Shown here in pieces: positions 36,803-49,469 of a stretch of 55,081 nucleotides of DNA (positions within the stretch are counted from its first letter, which is position 1; each line of letters begins with the position of its first letter). The stretch covers positions 18,419,322-18,474,402 of the forward strand of contig JASCQW010000072.1 in NCBI GenBank assembly GCA_030264375.1. The letters are read 5' to 3'. Position numbers and translations under genes: made by a program. Below the pieces are notes generated by a model. The model did no database searches. It saw nothing but the letters and a program-made list of their open reading frames with translations, and was not told the origin of the DNA. The stretch comes from Carcharhinus longimanus. Its lineage: Eukaryota.

Positions 36803-38689
36803 TAATTAAATTGACGTGACGGAAAAAGTCAGTTCCCCACTGGCTGGAAATTAGTTTGGAATTTTGTTCTCTCAAATTAGATAATGGATTAACAGCAGGT
36901 TGGATTTCCTGCTGGTTTAGGTCAGGAACCATATTTACATTAATTTGTATCTCATGAATACTCATTAAAAGGTCAACTCAGCAGAAGTACCCTCCCCTAC
37001 AAATTAAATGGCCCATTAGATGATAATTAGAATGGTCTGTTTGCTGAATTTATATAAGTGGTACTCATCTGGCAAGCTTCAGTTCATCAGTGACTTGCAG
37101 TAGACAATGTTTTTTGCTTATTTTTAAGAATGTTGCTACAAGATATCAGATGTCTGCATTTCAAGCCACTTCAAGGTGTGGCAAATGAGGCCAGCGGGGA
37201 AGTGGGTAGATAGAGGTTGGGCTGAGGATGGGGGTGCCTGTGGAGAACACCACAGAGGCCAGGATAGATGAAGGCAGAGTATGGATGGGGTGTGTGGAAC
37301 ACAAAGGGTGTAGGGGAGACAGGCAGAATGGTTGGGGGTGTAGAACATGAGAGAAGGGTGGGGACTTGAGTCCTGGAGCTGAGGCCATGTAGGAGGCATA
37401 TTGAGGAATTGTCCTATGACTGCACATGCTATGTTAGAGGGCTCTGCATGACACCCAAGACTTGGTCCAAGTCAAGAGCAAGGAGAGGAAGGTCTTTCTG
37501 TGATGTGAGTGTTATGGTGTGCATATGTGGTAGTCACCTAAGGCATTTGGTCTTGGGGGTTTGAGCCATGGCATTGTGAGGCAGAAGGCACAAGAGCATT
37601 CAAGGGAGACATCTGGATCCTGTAAGTAGGCAGTTGAAAAATATGGGGCGGCTCTGGATGACCTCATGGGAGATACTAAAAAGCCATGGTGCCTGGAGTC
37701 AGATCGATAGAGGACCTGGGAATATCAAGTTTAAAAATTCAAGAGAAACAAGGAATATCCACATGAATAATGATGAGATCAAGGTTAACAGGAGATACTG
37801 GATAGAGACAGGAGGAAGGGTATCATGGAGGAAGCAGCATTAGTCATCTTCATCACTAACTATGGGGGTCATCCTTGGAAGGCGCAGTAACCCTAGAACA
37901 TGTGGTCGTTGTGGAATGTAAGAAGCATTGGACTAGTGCACCTCCATGAACAACTACACATAATGTTGTCCATTCAACCATGGTGTCAATAAGTCAGTGG
38001 GCATGGAATTCTTCAAGCGTCTGGAACGCCATTGCACACATGAATAAACTCATACCAGTACGGCAGCAGCTTAGCTGCTGGAAGACCATTCATCAATCGT
38101 TAGCACTTATTAATCTCAAGAGGGAGCTACATTTGGACAGTACCATCTCTTCAAATACCCGCTTTCATATGTGAAAATTTCAGAGGCCTCATTTTGCTAC
38201 TGAGTCCTACGATGCCACTGGATATCAAGACACAATGATCTGTATCTCAACAGCATTCATTCAAAGTTGCAAGTTATGTTCATATTGTCCTCACAAAGCA
38301 GCTCTGCAGGACCTTCATTTGATTATTGAGAAATACTCATGACCTTGCAAAGTGTACATCCCGAATTACTAGGCAGTTGAGCGGGATGTGGTGCAGTAGT
38401 CAGTAACAACTTCTCTCTTCACAAATCCAAACAAGCACTCAGGAGATGTTCCAAAACACTACTTTCATAGTTGCAATCTGTGACATTAATGAGCTCACAA
38501 ATGTCAATCCTTGTTATCTACCTAAGTCAATGAGTGCAATGTCATGCAATGAATTCCATATCGATTTGCATACTGTGTCTTAGCAGGATTCCGTAAAGCA
38601 CTGCTGGACAGCAATTTAGGACCAACGTTTGATCCTCACAGGTAAATAGATGTCTTCATCAGGATGACCACATACATCAGACATAGAGA

Positions 38690-39072
38690 CAGAGTCATAG
38701 GGGTTTACAGGATGGAAACTGGCCCTTCGATCCAACTTATCCATGCTGTCCTATTTTTACCACTAAGATAGTCCCAATTGCCTGCGTTTGGCCTATATTG
38801 CTCTACACCTTTCTTACCCATGTAACTGTCTAAATGTTTTTTAAAAGACAAAATTGTACTCCTCCTCTGGCAGTTTGTTCCAAACACTCACCTGTCTCTG
38901 CGTTAAATAATTGCCCCTCTGGACCCTTTTGTATCTCTCCCCTCTCATCTTAAACCTATGCCCTCTAATTTTAGACTCCCCTACCTTTAGGAAAAGATAT
39001 TGACTATCTAGCTGATCTATACCCCTTGTTATTTTGTAGATCTCCGTAAGATCAGCCTTCTACGCTCCAAAG
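38690..39072 (-). mobile_element. CR1 3' end
   Basis: gagtcatag tail; cctctcatcttaaacctatgccctctaattttagactcccctacctt is shared with 44740-44790. Confidence 0.85.
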
Positions 39073-39669
39073 ACGTGACATTTCTCATCAGTGCTCCCTC
39101 CAGGGCTGATGTCCTGTACGGTCTTGGGATGGAGTGGTGCTCAGAAGTAGTCTGGTTGAGAAATCACAACCTGTGAACTGTGTTGTCTTATGTCCATTTA
39201 AGTTAATGAATAGAAAAGTAGACACTGCAGATCTCTGAGCATTGTCTTCACTGAGCACCACTGCTTGCCTGGCTGGGGAATCAGCCTGATTTGTTAGTTC
39301 TTTTTTTAACCACTACACTAGTCACAAATTGAGAACAACTCTCCCTATTCTCAAGAAACATTGAACATACTTTCTTGATGAACACTCTGTCTTCCTGCAA
39401 AGGCTTCAACCTCCAATTTACTCCCAGTCTGACACAGAATTTCTGCTCAGTTCCAGTGGTTTCTTCAGGGCAATTTGGCTGAAATTGGTGTAAAACTGTT
39501 GTATTTTCAGTAGGAATGAGGCTTTCAATGAACTTACCTGGAACCAATTGTAAGTTCTAATGTTAAAAAAAAATTGAACAGTTTGTACCAGTGCTCTTAC
39601 TTACCAGTTTTTACTCTTTGTTTCCTTCTGTGATTGCTGAACTCCAGTAAGAAAGTGAGTAAAATGGCA

Positions 39670-39795
39670 TGATTGGAGGCTATGGAAATTTGGCATATAC
39701 TCTATGACTCTCACCAACTTTTACAGATGCACCTTAGGACGCATTCTTTCTGGTTGTATCACAGCTTGGTATGGCTCCTGCCCTGCCCAAGACTG
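39670..39795 (+). mobile_element. Rex1/Babar LINE RT C-terminal fragment
   Basis: Reads RLWKFGIYSMTLTNFYRCT then, after a frameshift, ILSGCITAWYGSCPAQD. Confidence 0.75.
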
Positions 39796-41553
39796 TCTTT
39801 GTTTTCCTGTTTCAGATTTCCAGCTTTTACGCGATATTGTTTTTATAATTCACTATCCAAAATTATTTCTGTCACAAACATGACACACTGCAATCCGTAC
39901 ATTCCTTCAACATGCAGTATTAAGGCCATACTCTTTCCTTTCTAAGACTTTCACTGAGATTTTCCACTCCTCTTCGTGTCATGTGGGTTCAGTGTCAGGA
40001 GTGGAATATATTGCGAGAAGGCCAAAGTCAGGTTTTATATCTGTGTGAAAACTTGCCCCAGTCATCTCTTTCCCCTGTCCGTGACTGGCCACGTTTCCTG
40101 TTGTCCAATGTTGGGGACTTCATTATAATATATTTGCATCTCATTATTGGGCCCATATAGCCGCACGATGGCAGAATAGTGCTAATCACAACTGGCTTCA
40201 AAAGGCCTGCACCTGGCAAGCACTCCTCAGAGAGAAGCTCTGAGGTGAGTGCAGCAACCATGGAGCAGCTCTGGGTATTAAGGAGGCTGACTCAGGTGTA
40301 CCAGCTCTGACTCGAGAGAGACCAGCCTTTGACTTAAGGGGACTGTCAAATGTGAAAAGCACCATTTCTGAGATTGTCTTCTGCTGCTGGGCCATAGGTT
40401 CTTGGAAAGGCTTCATAGAGGAAGGGAGGAAAGCCCAGAGCAGTGCAGTGGGTGAGTGGGCAATCATCACCGACTGACAGTGCTACTCAAATCTTGAGAG
40501 GGGGTGTTCAGGAGGTGGTATGTTGACAAAGATAAAGCTAATGGAAAGACATGGCAGTGATCAGTACCTTATTGCAGCTTAGACCAGCTGTAACTCAGTT
40601 GACGTGCTTGGACTCGACTGGTCATGCACAGATGCCCACTCAAGCACCACTTATGTACATGAGTGTCACTGATTGCTGCTTAGGAGTTAACCCCTGGCTC
40701 AATGATTTTCTAATTCAGTAACTGCCATGGTGTGCCTACACCATTGGCCAGCAGGGGAAAAAAATGCATTCCTTAGACAGTTGGCAATGGCATGCTGCCC
40801 AAGGCAGAGCACGCCTAATCCTTGGCTGTGTGCTGAGGTGTCTATTGAAAAATGACTCATAGACCAGGTCGGTGGAAGGCCTTTGAGTGAAGACAGAGAC
40901 AAAGACTGCATCTGAGATGAGAGTTCATGATGTAGTAAAGTAGCCAAAGCTATAGCCACTCAGTCATGTTGTGTGGGAAGGCGGTGTGGAGTTTTACCAA
41001 TCAACATGCAAATAAAGAAATAGGCATCAGTGTAGTGATCAGGCGATGAGTCAGTGGGCTTCGAGAGGCAGCTTCAGACCATGAATTACCAAAGAGTGGC
41101 TCTGAGGAGACAAATACCAACCATCAAGTTTCACTCTTTGGTACTGCAGTGAGGAGAATGAAAGGGTGGCACAGTGGTTAGCACATTTCCTCCATTGAGG
41201 AAGATGTCAAAGGTATTGAGGCTGAGGAGATCCTCAAAGGAGAGAATGTCGGCCATGAGGCAGTAGCGATGTCCAGACAAGGCAGATGAGCTCAATACAC
41301 GCTCATTGCTGCTAGCTTCATGAAGGGTGATGAGGAGATCCAGTCAGGACATCCCATTATCTCCACATGGCTTTTGTGAGCATTGTTCTCCCATGTGCAC
41401 ACTCTCTATGATAATGCTACTGTCATGGGAACTCCATGGTTACCCATAGTCCCTACATTCCCATGGGGATGATGATGAGTCGCAATGGGGATAGTGCATA
41501 GATCTTCACAGAGTTTCTGTGATTGTCTGACTCTGAAGGCAGCTCAGTTGCTC

Positions 41554-41882
41554 ATAGAATCATAGAATTCCTACTGTGCAGAAGGAGGCCATTCAGCCCA
41601 TCAAGTCTGTACGACCACAGTCCCACCCAGGCCCCATCCCTATAACCCCATGCATTTACCCTAACTAGTCCCTCTGACTCTAAGGGCCAATTTGGCATGG
41701 CCTATCCACATTACCCACACATCTTTGGACTGTGGGAGGAAAATGGAGTACCTGGAGAAAACTTGTGCAGACATGGGGAGAATGTGCAGACTCCACACAG
41801 ATAGTGACCCAAACAGGGAATGGAACCTATGTCCCTGGTGCTATGAGACAACAGTGCTAACCATTGTGCCAATGTGCTGCCC
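41554..41882 (-). mobile_element. HE1-like SINE, full length, nested in Harbinger B
   Basis: catagaatcatagaa tail through to the tRNA-like head (gtgctaaccattgtgcc..gctgccc). Confidence 0.9.
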
Positions 41883-42339
41883 CTTAGAAGCTAAGGCCAT
41901 GGCTGCCCCTTATTCTCAGAACCAAGGTCATGTCCTGGTGACACAGTGGAGAAAGTTTCACCTCTCCGGATCTAACACCATCCTTTGTGAGTTGTCCCCT
42001 TCAGGGTCAGTGTCACTAGAGGCTGAGGCAGATGGAATTGGGAATGTGGGTGGGGGGGGCAGCCACCGCTTAAAGATTCAATGCACACAGCGACAATAAC
42101 TGGAATGAGTGACACCAGCTGTACATTGTGGGAGACATCCTCATTCCCGATGAAAAACAGATGTGTTCAGTCACTGAAGTGATGCCACCAATATGCTGGA
42201 AACCTTGTACAAAGCACATGGAGGAAGCTCAGGACTGAACACCCTGCCTTTTTCTGGTACATGAATCCAATTTTCAGATCGGGGTTACAGCAAGACAGCT
42301 CGTTAGAACAAGCAGCAATAGAGAGGATGCAATAAGTGA

Positions 42340-44047
42340 GAGTTCATTTACAGTGATGAGTGTTGTGCTTACCCACTGCATGCAACTTGAGCTTCTTAAT
42401 CTTTCTAATCCTGCTGCAATGTCTTGGTGCACCCTCAACCTCCACCGCTGAGATGGAGGGAGCCTGGTGTCTGTCACACCCTGTTGTCTGTGATGATCTC
42501 GGAGGGTGTCCTCTGGACAGCCAAGACCAGGAGGGCCCCGGCTTGATTTTGAGATCCTTCTGTGTGTCAGTGCCACCGTCCTCGGCCCGTGGAGCTGGAG
42601 CTGAAGCAGTCACAGGAAGAGGGCATTCGGATAGGTTGGGCATTCCCTGGGTCAGCTGGGTGGATGGCCCTGGAGTGTGCACTGGCTGATCTTCCTTCTT
42701 AAGATGCCCGAAGACCCTAGCTTTCTCCTTGAGATAGAGGGCAAATGGAGTGAGTGCAAGAAACCTACCATCCTCTGGCATTGACACTGATGGATTCCAG
42801 TAAGTGCCTGTACCACGGAGTGCATGTCCTGCAGAAGTACAGGACAAAGGTCTTGCACCAAGGTCCCCATAGTGGCTGCATCCTAGCTGTGTTGACTTCA
42901 TCGCGTTGCATTGTTGGCACTATCACCTCGGTTATAAGATGTACAGGCTCCTCCTGCAGCCTTTCAATCAGAAGAGTGTACCAGACATCCCTTCCTGATT
43001 TTCCCGAGATTGCCTTTGGAGCCCTAGCAGCTGAGGCCTGACTGAGTCCAGAAACACATCATCTGACTGGGGCTCATCTTTCTGGCCTTCAGCAATCCTC
43101 TGAGTGCCAACACTCTGAAGCATTCCTGCCTCTGCCTGCTGTGGATCTGGAAGTGTGATGTGCTCACCAGATTGTGACCCAAGGCTGTTCTAAACTAGGC
43201 CACACTGAGGTGCGTGTCTGGTGGAGGGTGTGGGTTAATGCTGTGATGGTTCTCCTATATTGGGGTCTTTGAATCCTTCTTCTGCACTGCTCTCAGAGCT
43301 GGAGTCATGAGTCTGCTAATGGACTCCATGGCTCTTTCCCAGATGTGCCTGTGACAGAAAGAAGTGTTCATTAATGCATGGCAGGCGTCTTTAGAACGGG
43401 AGATATGACTCACAGCACTATTGTCTAATGGATGATGCAGCCCTGGATCCTCACTTGGTTTATTGTCGCTGACCTCACCATCGGCTCAGGAGGGGTCAAC
43501 GTCCTCCCCGGCCAGGTGGATGGTTCTGAGCATGAAGTCCATGAGGGCCTTCAGTTCTAACATTCCTCCACCCATCTGGGATCTCCTCCTCTTGTTGTGA
43601 ACCAACTTTTCCTGCATTAAAAGTAGATGGAGAGAGTGTAAGCAGGAAATGAGCCCAGACAGATGATATGGATCCCTGGCATGTGTGGATGGTGAGTGAG
43701 ACCAGTGAGGAGATAATGACATGACCAGCAGGGGAGATGGAGATGAAATGTGTGGGAGAGTGAGTGGTGGTGAGCCTTGATCTGGCAGGGAGTGAGATCC
43801 CTGTGGATGTGTGATGGGTCTGTGATCGTGTGAGTTGAGAGTGATGAGAAGAGTGACATACCCTGGCAGAACAGAGAAGATTATTCATCCTCTTCTGCAG
43901 GACCACTGCCTTCACTGCCTCCAGTACTGGGTTGGACACCTTGCTGGCTGGTTTTCTTCCTGTGTCCGGGTAGAGGCCAAACCTCTGCACCAGACAGGTG
44001 TCTCTCCAGATAGGAATCTGAAAACTTGGGGGCAGATTTCCTGACAA
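42340..44047 (-). pseudogene. Intron-containing Harbinger Myb/SANT gene remnant (exons about 43862-44047, 43455-43611, and from 43348 leftward)
   Basis: KSAPKFSDSYLE...QKRMNNLLCSAR|gtatgt; tgcag|EKLVHNKRRRSQMGGG...|gtgagg; tcacag| exon 3; frameshifts and stops present. Confidence 0.75.
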
Positions 44048-44364
44048 TCGTCACTTCCTGGCAACTTACGAAATGTGGATGCCGTGCACTGGGCTGGCGC
44101 TTAAATGTGGTGCCCTGATGATTGCAGCATTGTGGTGATGGTATGGCAGGCGAAGCAGATACCCCCCCACCCCCCGCCAGCAATTTTGTGTGGAATCTAT
44201 GGATGAAAATGTTTGGCACTGTACCCATTGTATGGCAGGAAAAACTGGCATTACTGTCAATGGGCTCAACCCTGCCATGCTAAATTGCTCCTTTGTATCC
44301 CAAAATGGATAGGTTAAGGGGATTAGTGGATTAAATGGCTGGGGTTACGGGGTTATGGGGTAAC

Positions 44365-44543
44365 TGTCCTGCTTAAGACAATTCACACATCTTTAACCTG
44401 TGCTTAACCCTCTCTCCACTCACCTTGTCTGCACCTGTAGAGACTTGATTACCTGTTAAGACTCACATTCCAACCATTATCATATAATTGAGTTTGCCTA
44501 TATACGCCCTGTTTGTGAATCAAACTCTTCACTCACCTGATGA
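44365..44543 (+). mobile_element. Penelope-like terminal repeat fragment ending in cacctgatgaa
   Basis: cttaaccctctctccactcac..gacttgattacctg..cattccaaccattatc..cactcacctgatgaa. The family call is from recall. Confidence 0.5.
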
Positions 44544-45000
44544 ACATAGAACAAACATAGAACATAGAACATTACAGCGCAGAACAGGCCCTTCGGCCCA
44601 CGATGTTGCGCCGACCAGTTACAAAAACANNNNNNNNNNNNNNNNNNNNNNNNNNNNNNNNNNNNNNNNNNNNNNNNNNNNNNNNNNNNNNNNNNNNNNN
44701 NNNNNNNNNNNNNNNNNNNNNNNNNNNNNTGTATCTCTCCCCTCTCATCTTAAACCTATGCCCTCTAATTTTAGACTCCCCTACCTTTGGGAAAAAATAT
44801 TGATTATCTACCTTATCTATGCCCCTCATTATTTTATAAACCTCTATAAGATCATTCCTAAGCCTTCTACGGTCCAGGGGAAAAAGGTCCCAGGCTATCC
44901 AGCCTCTCCTTATAACTCAAACCATCAAGTTCCGGTAGCATCCTAGTAATCTTTCCTGCACTCTTTCTAGTTTAATAATATCCTTTCTATAATAGGGTGT
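44544..45000 (-). mobile_element. CR1 3' end, young, spanning a gap
   Basis: (catagaa)n tail with intact CpGs; ORF 44572-44829 MRGIDKVDNQYFFPKVGESKIRGHRFKMRGER. Confidence 0.9.
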
Positions 45001-45039
45001 ACACAGTGACATCACATACTTATCCACTAATTACAGACT

Positions 45040-46160
45040 ACAGTGTGAAAGCATAGGAACAGTCACTAACCTTGAAGATCAATTCTCCTAAGGCAAGTTA
45101 ATATTTGCCTGAGATGCAAGGATCATATGTGTATTGTTCTGCCTTCATTTTCATACATGAAATGAAATGCCTTTGTTCATATTGCAGATGTGGAAATAAA
45201 GGCAATTTACTGTGATGAGATTGAGTGAGACTTAATGGAACTGAGGAACCAGATGGGAGATAATTGTGGGCGGTTCATTTTGTACAATTGAGTGAATGTA
45301 GGGCCTCACATCATATTGGTTAGGCATTCATTACCTGAGATTCTGAGAGGAATAAATGCAAAATATATTTACATTATACAGCGAATGAACACCCATGGCA
45401 ATAACTGTGCATTCAAAACTTCTCAATTTTTCTAACCCTACTGCTACATCTAGACACTACCCCAATATCTGAAGCACAGATAAAGCTAGCCTGCTGACTG
45501 CTATTGTCTGTTCTCTGAGAATACTTTGGTGGGTGTTCTCTTGTGGTCCAAGGCCTGGAAGGCCCTAGCTTGCTAATGGTCTCCTGATCTAAGGCAGACA
45601 CACCCTTGACTGCTTAATCTGTTGGAATTGATGGAGTTAAAGGCTGAGGAGTGTTGGTGCAGCAGGGCACTTTGAGTGTCTTGGGTGGATGTCCTCAGGG
45701 TGCCTGACTAGTGCTCCTGTTCCCTTTGCGTATTCAATAGCACCTTCCTGTCCTCTTGAGGAGAAGAGTCAACCGAAAAGGCCCCCGCCTTTGCCCAGAA
45801 CTGGAACTCCAGGGCGATGTTATGGAGGGTTGAACGCAAATCTGGCAAGAATTGCTGGACTTGGGTCTCCAAGTTTGCTGCAGCCCTTCCCATGAAGAGC
45901 TTGATGGACTCGCATGTCATTTAGGCAAAATGTGGATGGAGTCCTCCTGGTCTGGTGACGGTCTCTGACAACTCTGCTTCATGTTCCCTGCCTGTCATCT
46001 CCAACAGTTCTCTCAGGGATGATTCCAGAGGTTCGTCATCAGATTTAGTTTCAGCTGGGGCCTGTTCTCCAGCAGTCATCTGGGTGCTGTGGCTAATATT
46101 GCTCTTGTTCAACATCCTGGTAATAGCAAATGGATATCATCTTCTGTCACTGCACCTTGC
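45040..46160. mobile_element. Harbinger family A-related fragment (3' part of the Myb gene)
   Basis: 45167-45370 aligns with 29044-29240 (tgccttt.ttcat.ttg.agatgtggaa...gacttaatggaa.tgagg...aaatgcaaaatat). Confidence 0.7.
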
Positions 46161-46171
46161 TCAGTTTTTTT

Positions 46172-46465
46172 TAAAAGTTTATTAGTGCCGCAAGCAAGGC
46201 TGACATTAACACAGCAATGAAGTTACTATGAAAAGCCTCTAGTTGCCACAATCTGGTGCTTGTTCAGGTACACTGAGGAAAACTTTAGCATGGCCATTAA
46301 ACCTAATCAGCACGTCTTTTGGACTGTGGGAAGAAACTGGAGCACCCAGAGGGAACCCACATAGACACAGGGAGAACGTGCAAACTCCACACACACACAG
46401 TGACCCAAACTGGGAATCGAACCCGAATCCCTAGGGCTGAGAGGCAGCAGTGTTAACCACTATGC
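46172..46465 (-). mobile_element. HE1-related SINE with an alternative tail
   Basis: aaagtttattagtg...acattaacac.gcaatgaagttact tail; same core ggactgtggg..gaaactggagcacc; B-box gggattcgggttcgattcc on minus. Confidence 0.88.
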
Positions 46466-47142
46466 AAGATTCTTGTCAACAGAATTTTATTGTAATTACG
46501 TTGGAAACCATGTTTACGTGCAAAGACTGATTTCCCCGTGCACTGCTTGAGCTGTTACGGTCAAAAGGTGGAAGCAGCTCTGAGAAACCTTGGGGTTTTG
46601 GCCCTGGTACATTGCTCAGAACAGCCTGCCATTTCCATTATCATTAATATGCAGAACAGGGGTATGTCTAAGAAAGGAAATGTCAAAGCTGCATAGTCAT
46701 TTTGAAGATTTATCCACACACTGCGACTGACAGCACTTTAGTCAGGGGTAATGCAGGTCTCAGTAAGTAAGAATTAAAAAAACAGACTCATCATCACACT
46801 CCAGAATACTCAATTAGCTCACACTGAATTGACTGACAGAAATTGAAGATGCATTTTAGGATTTGTAGAAATATTTGAAAATATTTAGCAAATGACTGAC
46901 TAATGTAAGGCACCGCACTTAATTTATCAACCCAAGCTATTGGAGCATAAAATTGCCACATAATGTAGTTGAGGCAGTGAAATTTGCATAATTTAAGGGA
47001 AAATTGGATAAATATTTGAAGCAAAACAAGATACAGAATCCTGGAAGAGAAATGGTCAATGTAATTGGCATTAAATTGCACCAGCAAAGAGCATACAGGT
47101 CTGGTAAGCTGCACAACATGCATCCGTATAATAATTTACAAT

Positions 47143-47390
47143 AGAACATAGAACATAGAACACTACAGCACAAACAGGCCCTTCGGCCCACGAGTTGCGC
47201 CGATCACGTCAACANNNNNNNNNNNNNNNNNNNNNNNNNNNNNNNNNNNNNNNNNNNNNNNNNNNNNNNNNNNNNNNNNNNNNNNNNNNNNNNNNNNNNN
47301 NNNNNNNNNNNNNNAAAAACGCGACCCGAGTGCCCTCGCAACTACTTCCGGGGTCAAACCGGGGTCAAACTTAAAAACAATCAAAAAAAA
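47143..47390 (-). mobile_element. Young CR1: 3' tail, 100-N gap, then a CpG-rich putative 5' end
   Basis: (agaacat)n tail with CpGs before the gap; aaaaacgcgacccgagtg..cttccggggtcaaaccggggtcaaac after it. Confidence 0.7.
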
Positions 47391-47504
47391 ATGTGAAATA
47401 TAAGATTACAAGAAAATAATTGCTAAATCTATTCAACCTGGAATGCAATAATCTTCTGCATTCTGGCTCTAACATGTATTCATACTCACTCATGCTACAC
47501 AAGT

Positions 47505-47660
47505 TGCATTTTCTGGTGTCTTTAATGTAGCTAAATCATTTCATATGAGCATTCAAACAAAATTGACAAAACCACAAAAGCAAGTGGCAGGACAAACAAC
47601 TGAAAGTTTGTTCAATGATGTCAGTATTTAAGGAATATCAGGTTGAAGGAGAAAGAGGAA
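47505..47660 (-). mobile_element. L2 3' end, decayed
   Basis: tgtctttaatgtagctaaa..caaacaaaattgaca..gaaagtttgttcaa..tttaaggaatatc. Confidence 0.45.
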
Positions 47661-48569
47661 GACAAACACATTCCCTTATCTCTCCCAAGCTGGTATAGAG
47701 ATATGAAAATTAATCCTACATTTGTTTCATAACTTCAAAAATATAATACATTTGAAAAGCCCTTTGGTATACTTCACAGCATTTCCCCTAGTTTAATCCA
47801 CCAACCTCACCCCTTTCCCTTTTGCTCTATGCCCCCTCCTTCTAAGTCCATATGCCTGAAATGCAACCTTTTCCTTCCTCCCACCTCAAATTTGGCAAAG
47901 AATTTCTATGCTCCCAATTGTTGGGCAAATTTTGAGACATTTCTGCACATAACAAATTCATTACAAATATGGCTGCACCAAGATGCACCATTAATGTACT
48001 GGTAGCAATGACCATTATACCCTGTTCATTGAGGAGTGTAGAAGAGAATGTCAGGAGTGGCAGAAGACATACCTGAAAATGAAATTAAAATACTGATGAA
48101 GCTACAACACAGGACTACAAACATTTCCCTTCTGCATGTGAATGTTTCCCTTATCTGCTGGGGGTCCTAATGTCTTTGGGGCAGCCATGTCTTTGACGGG
48201 GGTGGGGACTTAAATTGAACTTTGAGATTGGGCTACCTTTATCTCAGAGTTGTCAGTGCATTTAGGCTTTGCTGTTCCAGTTGGCTGTGTGATCCTTGCT
48301 AGCACTCTAAAATTGCACAGAATGTCATTACATCAGGTGAGAAAAGGCAGCTGTGAAGCCAGCCTGAGTTTCACATGGCTTTTCTCGCCTGATCCGACAA
48401 GACGGCATCCATACTTTCATTGTGCACCTTTGGTAAAACATTTTTGGGATTTATCTTCTAACATTTTTTCTAACTGTACATCTTTATTTCCCATGTGTTT
48501 TATCTTTTCTTTTGGTGAACATTTTAATTCTTTGAATTAAAAGTGGAAATCAATATTTGCTGACAATTA

Positions 48570-48855
48570 TGAATGTATCCATGAGATTTCTAAAAACAAT
48601 ACCTCTAAGGAAAATCACAGAAACGGTGATTGCAGAAGGATTAATCAAATGATTTAGAAGATACGGATTGCCAAAGGAAATACATTCTGATTAGGGTTCA
48701 AATTTCATGTTCGTGTGGAAGTAATGAGAAGTCTGGAGATAAAGTAGTTCAGGTTCAAATTTTAAAAACCATGATTAGAGCTAGGAATATCCTCATGACT
48801 GGGATCAAGGAATTCCACTCTTGTTGTTTACTGTTAGGGTAGCTCCTAATGACAC
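48570..48855 (+). pseudogene. Gypsy (Gmr1-like) integrase fragment
   Basis: RFLKTIPLRKITETVIAEGLIK*FRRYGLPKEIHSD*GSNFM...LKTMIRA..EYPHDWDQGIPLLLFTVRVAPN: rve core with an internal deletion. Confidence 0.82.
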
Positions 48856-49469
48856 TTTTATAGGGTAGTAGGAATAGTAGTACTTTTCAAAGCAGGTTTC
48901 TGAATTGGTGTTTTATTCAGCAGTATTTTAAAATTTGCCATTTTTACCATATAGCTCATAAGTCCTACACAAAGTGCAATCTGGGTGAATGACCATGGCC
49001 ACCGACAATCTACTTCCGGGACCAACTGGCCAGGCTCTCTCCTATCCAAGTGCCTCCCCAGAGGAACAACTGGATGTAACAAGGCCATTTAAGCCGAGGT
49101 TGACTACCCTGTCAGAAACTTCTTGACTCAAGCTACCAGTCTCCGTATCAAAAATCCAGTCCTAACAGACAGAAAAATACACTTCACTCTTTGCCCTGAT
49201 ATCTTCATTTTGGAGAGACTGGGAAATCAAAGCCAGCAGGTTGTGAACTAAAATTCTTGATACTGAATCAGAGAGAAGGCTTTCATTAGGGAGGTTTGGA
49301 AACTTGAAGAAATGCAAAGAAGATCTGGCAGAATTGTTTGCTGATTCAAATTCCAAACCAATTCCAATTGTGCTGCTGTTGCACAAACGTCCACCACCCA
49401 AGTCCCAAAAGTCATTAGCTAAACCTCTTTATCACTTAAAAATAATTATACTTCTTGTATATTCCTCAG

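Larger units (their letters stand above)
36444..39286. mobile_element. Harbinger family A, copy 2 (transposase internally deleted)
   Basis: Left TIR-like ggatggaattttccc; 37123-37850 matches 24349-25630 and 37975-38680 matches 27660-28410, in the same orientation. Confidence 0.7.
39953..44250. mobile_element. PIF/Harbinger family B element, transposase core deleted
   Basis: TIR-like ends (gagattttcc...ggaaaaactgg); transposase C-terminal-like remnant at about 41190-41335 (acidic tract, TLIAASF); spliced Myb gene on minus. Confidence 0.65.
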
